Part shown: piece after piece, positions 37,025 to 42,815 of the stretch
How positions within the stretch are numbered: the first letter of the stretch is position 1
Layout: each line of letters begins with the position of its first letter
Virus record (IMG/VR): IMGVR_UViG_3300036796_000284
Location: 1 to 42,815 of that record
Reading direction: 5' to 3' (one strand)
DNA: 42,815 bases
Source: a virus
Lineage: Duplodnaviria; Caudoviricetes
The notes under the pieces: generated by a model
Told to the model about the DNA's origin: nothing
Seen by the model: only the letters and a program-made list of their open reading frames with translations
Database searches by the model: none
Made by a program: the position numbers and the translations under genes

Positions 37025-37683
37025 TGAAAACAGAGATGAAAGACCGTATACGCTCACGTCGCGTTCAGTTTGAAATAACCCAACAGTCTCTGGCCAAGAG
37101 GCTAGGGGTTAGCCGTGTATCTGTTACTAAATGGGAAAATGGGACTACAAAACCAGATGGGGAGAACCTCCATCAGTTAGCCCTGGCGTTATCTACTACA
37201 CCTGAATGGCTTCTCTACGGTGAAGGTGAGGAAGGGAAAGACGACACTCGCGTTTTGCCGTATATCAAACCACCTATTTCCGTTCCTATAATTTCAGCTG
37301 TTCAGGCAGGCCACTGGACGGAAAGTTATGCATGTTCAAGGTTAACTGATGTGATTTCATGGACTCAAACGACAGCTGATGTCTCAGACGAAGTTTTTGG
37401 GTTGGTTGTACGTGGGGAGTCGATGACTAATCCCAATGGGCTGCCATCAATACCTGAAGGCTCCATTGTCATCGTCGAACCTAACTACGGCCAGCTCGAC
37501 AACCTATATGGGAAGATTGTCGTTGCTGTTCTCGATGGTTCTTCAGAAGCGACTGTCAAAAAGTTAGTATGGGACGGCCCTTATTCTTACCTCATGCCTC
37601 TCAACCCTGCTTTCAAACCTATCCCTATAGATGGAAATTGCCGGATTATCGGCAAAGTAGTTCAGATAACTCAAAACCTATAA
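37024..37683 (+). CDS. cI: CI repressor (HTH + S24 autopeptidase)
   Basis: HTH ITQQSLAKRLGVSRVSVTKWENG; VQAG cleavage site; GESM Ser and TVKKL Lys. Confidence 0.96.
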   Translation: MKTEMKDRIRSRRVQFEITQQSLAKRLGVSRVSVTKWENGTTKPDGENLHQLALALSTTPEWLLYGEGEEGKDDTRVLPYIKPPISVPIISAVQAGHWTESYACSRLTDVISWTQTTADVSDEVFGLVVRGESMTNPNGLPSIPEGSIVIVEPNYGQLDNLYGKIVVAVLDGSSEATVKKLVWDGPYSYLMPLNPAFKPIPIDGNCRIIGKVVQITQNL

Positions 37684-37700
37684 AAACACTATATCAGTCA

Positions 37701-37730
37701 AGCCAGCATAAGTGTGCTGGCTATTTTTTT
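37701..37730 (+). terminator. Terminator after cI
   Basis: AGCCAGCA-TAAGTG-TGCTGGCT followed by A and T7. Confidence 0.8.
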
Positions 37731-37739
37731 ACCCCTAAA

Positions 37740-37792
37740 TGTAACAATGGGTACATTTCAAGCTTGACCGAAAAGGTAACCAAAGGTACATT
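37740..37792 (+). promoter_or_regulatory. OL operators and pL
   Basis: TGTAAC-AATG-GGTACA (37740) and GGTAAC-CAAA-GGTACA (37775) match the OR sites; TTGACC-17-TACATT. Confidence 0.82.
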
Positions 37793-37906
37793 GAATTTAT
37801 CGAAAGCGAGCCTGCTTCGATAAAATTACAAAATGCCTTACATCCCTGTTCTGGCGGCCCGTTTGTTTCCCGTTTATGTCGCGGTAACCGCCAGCTTTTT
37901 CACACT

Positions 37907-37990
37907 ACAGGAGAGAGTACTGGCGCATGACGGGCCCATAACCCAATCCATGCGTATGAGGTTGCAGCCTCAGTTAGTGCTCTCCCCTGT
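37907..37990 (+). ncRNA. Candidate ~84-nt stalk-plus-two-hairpin RNA in the pL leader
   Basis: Stalk ACAGGAGAGAGTACTG/TAGTGCTCTCCCCTGT; arms GCGCATG/CATGCGT and TGAGGT-TGCA-GCCTCA. Confidence 0.55.
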
Positions 37991-38009
37991 GATGTGAAGT
38001 TATTAGCCC

Positions 38010-38039
38010 GCGGATGTGCAGAAGCCGCTACAGGAGAAC
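38010..38039 (+). promoter_or_regulatory. GTGCAG-loop hairpin + GGAGAAC RBS element before rdgC
   Basis: GCGG-ATGTGCAGAAG-CCGC-TAC-AGGAGAAC-TAAC-GTG. Confidence 0.5.
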
Positions 38040-38043
38040 TAAC

Positions 38044-38967
38044 GTGAAAGTATCAAAACTGAAAAATGCCATCGTCTACCGTGCAACTTTGCCAACCGTA
38101 GATTTTATCGAAGGGCATCTTGCTGAATTACCTTACGCTGATATTGGCGATACTGATTTTGCGCGCTACAGCTTCGTTGCTAACCCAGTTACAGGGGAAA
38201 TTGTCACCCCGATTGTAAACGGCTACGCAATTTGCCTACGCATCGATGAAAAGATGATCCCGAAACATGTCATCAAGGCTGAGTCACTGGCGCGGATCGC
38301 ATCTATCGAAAGTCGCCTAGGACAGCGCATCTCTAAGGTTGAGAAACAACAAATCGCCGACACCGTAAAAGTCGATCTCTGCAAGCAAGCTTTCGTTAAA
38401 ACATCTTTGATTTATGCCCTGTACCACGCGGAAGAAAAGCTGCTGATGGTCAACACCACCAATAAGAACTATGCAGGTGTGCTCTGTGCCATGCTGGTAA
38501 AAGTGGTCGGTTCGATGGAAACCAAAACTATTCATATCAGCAACGTGAAGAACGGGCTGACCACACGTCTTAAAAATTACATTGACGGTGATAATGGCGC
38601 ATTTGAAGGTTTTGAAGTTGGCGACGTAATGCAGCTTTCGCGTAAATCGGAAACTAAAGAAACGATCCGTTATTCAGCAGAACATCAGTCTGTAGTTTCT
38701 GAAATTGAAGAAAGCCTGAGTAGCGGTTTCAGTGTCGACTGTATTGAGCTTTCCAGCAACGGCACCAGTTTTACCCTGACGGAAAACTTCCATTTCCGAC
38801 GCATAGATACCAAGAGTTCTGATGCTAGTGAAGGCGATGATAAAGCATTCATCTGGCGCCAGGCTGCTGGTACCGATTTATTCCTCATGACTGGTGTGAT
38901 CAATAAGTTGTGTCACCTGCTTTCATATAAAGAACCAGAGAAAGAAGAGCAACCAGCAGAAGTCTAA
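38044..38967 (+). CDS. rdgC: Recombination-associated protein RdgC-like
   Basis: KNAIVYR start, R.DEK.IP..VI, E..QI.D.V...L...AF.K pattern; ~307 aa; GTG start after AGGAG. Confidence 0.82.
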   Translation: MKVSKLKNAIVYRATLPTVDFIEGHLAELPYADIGDTDFARYSFVANPVTGEIVTPIVNGYAICLRIDEKMIPKHVIKAESLARIASIESRLGQRISKVEKQQIADTVKVDLCKQAFVKTSLIYALYHAEEKLLMVNTTNKNYAGVLCAMLVKVVGSMETKTIHISNVKNGLTTRLKNYIDGDNGAFEGFEVGDVMQLSRKSETKETIRYSAEHQSVVSEIEESLSSGFSVDCIELSSNGTSFTLTENFHFRRIDTKSSDASEGDDKAFIWRQAAGTDLFLMTGVINKLCHLLSYKEPEKEEQPAEV

Positions 38968-39023
38968 TTTAGCCCACGAATAAATTATTGCCTCCGGGCA
39001 AGGGATTCGTGCAACCCAAATTC

Positions 39024-39060
39024 AGCGCCGGTGCAGTGGCGCTCTTATTTAGTGGAGAAC
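39024..39060 (+). promoter_or_regulatory. GTGCAG-loop hairpin + AGTGGAGAAC RBS element before ORF 39064
   Basis: AGCGCCG-GTGCAG-TGGCGCT-CTTATTT-AGTGGAGAAC-TTA-ATG. Confidence 0.65.
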
Positions 39061-39063
39061 TTA

Positions 39064-39789
39064 ATGCAACGCTTAAGCGATATGTCCACCAGCGAACTGG
39101 TAACAATGGCAAGTAATGAGGTGTCCAGTATTACTGAAATCGGTATCCATTCAGAACTGGTGAAAGAACTCACTACCCGTCTTAGTGCCAATACAGTAGC
39201 TGTTACCCAGGCACTTAAAGAGCGTGACGAAGCACGGACAGAACTATCCAGCGCCATGCTAACTATCAGCCAAATAACACAGGTTCTTGGAGCGAGTGAC
39301 ACGTTAAGTATTTCTGAACAGGTCGCAGCGCTAAACCAGCAGGTGGTTAGTCTGGCGGTTGAGAATTCAAGCCTGCTGCCAAAGGCTGCCAGCGAACTAT
39401 CCAATGCCTGGATGCTTCATAAATACTGGGTTGGCATTCAGGTTGCTCTAATGCATATCAGAAATGGTCGTCTGCATGACGGTATGACCTTCCTACAAAA
39501 CACCGTTGCTGGACCAGGAATTGAAGTTGAGAACCTTAATGATTTCGCTGAAATAGAGGCCTGGGCTAACGAGCAGCAGAAAGACAGCATTAGCCACGTT
39601 CGAGCTTTGGAAATAATCAAGGCTGCATCGCCAGCCACAGACGCCGCTATTGCAGAGCTAAAGGCGCAGGGTGTTGATATGGCAATAGAGCATCTAATTA
39701 AAAAGTTCGAAGGAACTGGCGGTGTAGGCGTTCCAATTATGGCGCTGGAATGGCTGGCTAAAGAGCTGCGCAAGGAGTCAGGCCAATGA
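39064..39789 (+). CDS. Hypothetical early coiled-coil protein (Eaa/Ea22-like mosaic)
   Basis: Coiled-coil segments and a PATDA..AE..AQGV motif common in lambdoid early-left proteins. Confidence 0.7.
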   Translation: MQRLSDMSTSELVTMASNEVSSITEIGIHSELVKELTTRLSANTVAVTQALKERDEARTELSSAMLTISQITQVLGASDTLSISEQVAALNQQVVSLAVENSSLLPKAASELSNAWMLHKYWVGIQVALMHIRNGRLHDGMTFLQNTVAGPGIEVENLNDFAEIEAWANEQQKDSISHVRALEIIKAASPATDAAIAELKAQGVDMAIEHLIKKFEGTGGVGVPIMALEWLAKELRKESGQ

Positions 39790-40157
39790 GCAATAACATC
39801 GAAGCGCTGAGTGATTTTGAAATCAACAAGCGCGTGGCTTTCTGGCGTGGCCTGCAAGTGCAAGAAATTGACGACAGCAAGGTGACTGGGATGAATACCC
39901 GCTATCACGAACTATGCCCTGACACTGTATGGGTAAGTAATGGTAACGAGCCGTGGTATCAGTTTTGCCCAACTCATTGCGGTGCGGATGCGTGGCCAAT
40001 TATTGCTGAATATGAAATCAATATTCTTTTTAACTGGAATGAAGATGGAATTCACGGTGCAACATCCGGATTTCCCGGTCATGATTTTGAAAACAGCAAC
40101 GCCCTAAGAGCGGCTATGTGTGTATTTCTATCCAAACATGAGGCCCACCATGACTAA
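39786..40157 (+). CDS. NinX/DUF2591-like protein
   Basis: LSDFEINKRVA, DAWPII, N.LRAAM.VFL motifs. Confidence 0.8.
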   Translation: MSNNIEALSDFEINKRVAFWRGLQVQEIDDSKVTGMNTRYHELCPDTVWVSNGNEPWYQFCPTHCGADAWPIIAEYEINILFNWNEDGIHGATSGFPGHDFENSNALRAAMCVFLSKHEAHHD

Positions 40158-40743
40158 CTCACTAGAAGCGCTGAAAGCCAGCATGAAAGCGGCAGCCGAA
40201 TTAATCTCCGGCGGTTATAGCAGAAAATGGATAGTGTCCCATGACGATGAAACATGCTGGGTGGGTGCGAATGACGATGATGGGAACCTTACACCCTTCA
40301 TAGAAGTGTCTATCGGCGACTGGTCAGGCAATAAGGCAGATAACGAAGTGCTGGCTAAATTTGTCGCCAGCTCTCACCCAAAAAACATACTAAAACTGAT
40401 AGCGGCGCTGGAGCAGGCACAGCAGCGCATAGCCGAATTGGAAAAATCAAGAAAATCATGGGCTGAGTTGGCTAATGATATAGAGCAGATGCGCAAACAG
40501 TGGGCTGATATCGCCATAGAAATGGGAAGACTTGGTGACGAGAAGGATAAGCGCATAGCCGAACTGGAAGCCGCAGCGGTTAAGCCTGTGAAGTTGCCAG
40601 AAGGTTACGTCATCCGAGCAGGTCACCCAATTTATTGGGATGAGAAAAACGTCATGATACCCAAAGAAGGTGGCAATTGGTTATCTCAATTTGATGTTGA
40701 GCACACACTCCGCGCCTCTGGCATTACTGTTGAAGGGTCATAA
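40150..40743 (+). CDS. Ead/Ea22-like protein
   Basis: A.F.A...P..IL.LI..LE, repeated RIAELE, VKLP, GI.VEG end. Confidence 0.75.
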   Translation: MTNSLEALKASMKAAAELISGGYSRKWIVSHDDETCWVGANDDDGNLTPFIEVSIGDWSGNKADNEVLAKFVASSHPKNILKLIAALEQAQQRIAELEKSRKSWAELANDIEQMRKQWADIAIEMGRLGDEKDKRIAELEAAAVKPVKLPEGYVIRAGHPIYWDEKNVMIPKEGGNWLSQFDVEHTLRASGITVEGS

Positions 40744-40854
40744 ATAACCCATAACAACAAAATAGAATTCATGAAAGACCATAAACAACCTATAAAGCAC
40801 ATTAAAGGTTGTTTATGAGCTAAATAGTTAAAAACAAAACAATAAAGGCAATAT

Positions 40855-41421
40855 ATGAACCATTTGATGATTGATTTAGAAACCATGAGTAATAAATCAG
40901 ACGCCCCGATTGTATCTATTGGTGCAGTATTCTTTGAGCCAAAAACGGGTGAGGAAGGAGCGGAATTCTATGTTGCAGTAAATCTAGCCAGCGCAATGGC
41001 GCAAGGTGCAGCTCCAGACGGCGATACCATTCTTTGGTGGATGAAGCAAAGCCCGGAAACGCGAGCAGCTATCTGTGCCGATGATGCTCTTCCTATTGCC
41101 GATGCATTATCTGAGCTTAGCCATTTTATTAATCGTAATGCCGACAACCCTCGTTATATGAAAGTCTGGGGCAACGGGGCCAACTTCGATAACGTCATTC
41201 TTCGCAGCGCCTATGAACGCGCTGGCAACATTTGTCCGTGGCAATTCTTTAACGACAGCGATGTGCGCACCATTGTCATGCTTGGTCGGGAAGTTGGATT
41301 CGATCCGAAGAAAGATATGCCTTTCGATGGCGTTGCTCATAACGCTCTGGCTGACGCAAAACACCAGGCTAAATATGTTTCAGCGATCTGGCAGCGTCTC
41401 GTTCCGCCAGTAAGCGAATAA
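40855..41421 (+). CDS. DEDDh 3'-5' exonuclease (exonuclease VIII-like/RNase AS family)
   Basis: HLMIDLETM, IVSIGAVFF, VWGNGANFDNVIL, DVRT, HNALADA.HQ. Confidence 0.9.
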   Translation: MNHLMIDLETMSNKSDAPIVSIGAVFFEPKTGEEGAEFYVAVNLASAMAQGAAPDGDTILWWMKQSPETRAAICADDALPIADALSELSHFINRNADNPRYMKVWGNGANFDNVILRSAYERAGNICPWQFFNDSDVRTIVMLGREVGFDPKKDMPFDGVAHNALADAKHQAKYVSAIWQRLVPPVSE

Positions 41422-41435
41422 ATTTAAATCATAGT

Positions 41436-41466
41436 GCCCGTGTGCAGCGGGCTTTTAGTGGAGAAC
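41436..41466 (+). promoter_or_regulatory. GTGCAG-loop hairpin + AGTGGAGAAC RBS element before xis
   Basis: GCCCG-TGTGCAG-CGGGC-TTTT-AGTGGAGAAC-ATT-ATG. Confidence 0.65.
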
Positions 41467-41469
41467 ATT

Positions 41470-41676
41470 ATGCTGAACCTCGAGTGTGTACCTCTCTCAA
41501 CTTATTGCAAAGAAACAGGTGAAACCACCGATGCCGTAAACAAGCGTCTTCAACGCGGTGTGTGGCAGGACGGTGTGCAGGTTCTAAAAATGGAAGGCGT
41601 AAGAGAGAGATGGATTGATCTTAGTGAGGTTGCTAAATGGGCAAGGCAGAGCCGTCAAAATTACCGCGCGGCGTAA
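41470..41676 (+). CDS. xis: Excisionase
   Basis: 68 aa, CVPLS.YC..TGET..AV..R..RGVW..G......ERWIDL.EV.KW; overlaps the int start. Confidence 0.85.
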   Translation: MLNLECVPLSTYCKETGETTDAVNKRLQRGVWQDGVQVLKMEGVRERWIDLSEVAKWARQSRQNYRAA

Positions 41677-42815
41677 CCGTAAGGAAGCACCGTCAGGGTG
41701 AAACCATAAACATCACTTTTACATACAAAGGGGTTAAATGCCGTGAACCCCTTTCTAATCTTGATGTAAGTACAAAAAACCTTAAATACGCAGAACGTAT
41801 TCTGGGTGAAATTCATAACAAAATTGAAAGAGGTATATTCAATTATTCTGAGTATTTCCCGCGCTCTACTCGTTTAAAATTATTCGGTAATGCGGCCGCC
41901 GGTAAGACGGTTAAAAATTACCTCGATGAATATCTGATAATTTGCGAAACAAGGAAGTTATCGCCATCAACTATTGGCGGTTACAAAAAATGCCGCAGTG
42001 CTCTTTCTTTACTGCACAAACTTCCAGCCAGTGAGCTAACGCCAGCTGCGCTAAAAACATGGATTCAGGAACAAACAACAACGCTTAAGACGATTCGAAA
42101 TCAGCTTTCGTTTCTGCGTTCTGCTCTTGATGAAGCAGTGACTGACGGTATTTTGCAGTTGAACCCTGTTTCACTAGTTACAGCATCAAGATACCAGAGT
42201 GATAAAACCACCAGCGAAAGCGAATACATCGTTGATCCGCTTTCCCCAGCAGAGACAAACGCCCTTCTATCAGCGACCGCTTATAAACAATGGGAAAATC
42301 TTTTTGCATTCGCCATTCATACCGGCATGCGTAGTTCGGAATTGTGCGCCCTACGTTGGCGAGATATAGATTTCATTGGTAAGACTGCGCACGTTCAGAA
42401 TGCGAGTGTTGTTGGCGTGATTAAGGGAACGAAAACAAAGGCAGGTACGCGCAAGGTTGAACTGGATGCTGAAGCAATGGCGGCGCTGGCAGAACAGAAA
42501 CCTTTCACGTTCCTGAAGGATGAGACGATATTTGAAGATCCTAAAACTAACAAGCCATGGGCAAGTGCTGATGCCATCAGGAAGAAAGCGTGGGTACCGG
42601 TGTTAAAGAAAGCGGGCATCCGGTACCGAAATCCATACCAGACCAGGCACACGTTCGCGACCAGACATATCAGCCAGGGTGCAAACCTCTTTTGGCTGGC
42701 CGGGCAGATGGGACATAAAGGACCGGAAATGCTTTTCCGGCACTACGGATCGTACTTAAAAGAGTATGACGGGAATACAGAGAAAAGACCTCAGCAGGTC
42801 AGTGGCGGGACGTGA
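41637..42815 (+). CDS. int: Tyrosine integrase with arm-binding domain
   Basis: LPRGVTVR..I.ITF.YKGV.CRE arm domain; HTGMRSSEL, YQTRHTFAT, QMGH, HYG catalytic motifs. Confidence 0.96.
   Translation: MGKAEPSKLPRGVTVRKHRQGETINITFTYKGVKCREPLSNLDVSTKNLKYAERILGEIHNKIERGIFNYSEYFPRSTRLKLFGNAAAGKTVKNYLDEYLIICETRKLSPSTIGGYKKCRSALSLLHKLPASELTPAALKTWIQEQTTTLKTIRNQLSFLRSALDEAVTDGILQLNPVSLVTASRYQSDKTTSESEYIVDPLSPAETNALLSATAYKQWENLFAFAIHTGMRSSELCALRWRDIDFIGKTAHVQNASVVGVIKGTKTKAGTRKVELDAEAMAALAEQKPFTFLKDETIFEDPKTNKPWASADAIRKKAWVPVLKKAGIRYRNPYQTRHTFATRHISQGANLFWLAGQMGHKGPEMLFRHYGSYLKEYDGNTEKRPQQVSGGT

Larger units (their letters stand above)
1..42815 (-). mobile_element. Lambdoid prophage, near-complete, from accessory SOS cassette to integrase; structural genes on the minus strand
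   Basis: Full syntenic set int-xis ... cI-cro-cII-rep ... Q-lysis-cos-terminase-portal-capsid-tail-J-fibre; no obvious disrupting frameshifts; att sites not in window. Confidence 0.97.

Noticed and set aside
39040-39047. CGCTCTTA identical to lambda boxA
   Set aside because: Present in only one of the five hairpin copies, partly inside the stem, with no downstream boxB or N gene; likely coincidental
41569-41585. GGTGTGCAG within xis flanked by a weak 4-bp stem
   Set aside because: Weak stem, inside coding sequence and not followed by the GGAGAAC RBS; not counted as a copy of the element

Overview
The window is an essentially complete lambdoid (siphovirus-type, cos-packaging) prophage of an enterobacterial host, lying mostly on the minus strand. 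From left to right: (1) an SOS-type accessory cassette (dinI-like gene, hypothetical ORF, SRAP/YedK, LexA-boxed umuDC); (2) a tail fibre with a C-terminal chaperone and lambda-like tail genes J-I-K-L-M-H-T-G-V-U-Z, with interspersed lipoprotein/membrane morons; (3) head genes (ClpP-capsid fusion, portal, gpA-type terminase, lambda-like cos); (4) a lysis cassette (two holin-like genes, GH19 endolysin, overlapping spanins); (5) a late amino-methyltransferase, pR' and Q; (6) the pR operon (cro, cII-like, replication initiator with iterons, Dam, C5-MTase, LexA-DBD protein, RusA, antirepressor, DUF968); (7) cI; and (8) the pL operon (rdgC, ead/ninX-like genes, exonuclease, xis, int). No N antiterminator, Red recombination genes or helicase loader are evident. 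The most striking unexplained signal is a dispersed RNA-level element: a hairpin with a GTGCAG loop followed by an (AGT)GGAGAAC ribosome-binding site. It sits in front of five early genes in both early operons, and two candidate structured non-coding RNAs carry related or complementary loops. All family assignments are from motif recognition and synteny, not database searches. The att sites lie outside the window.
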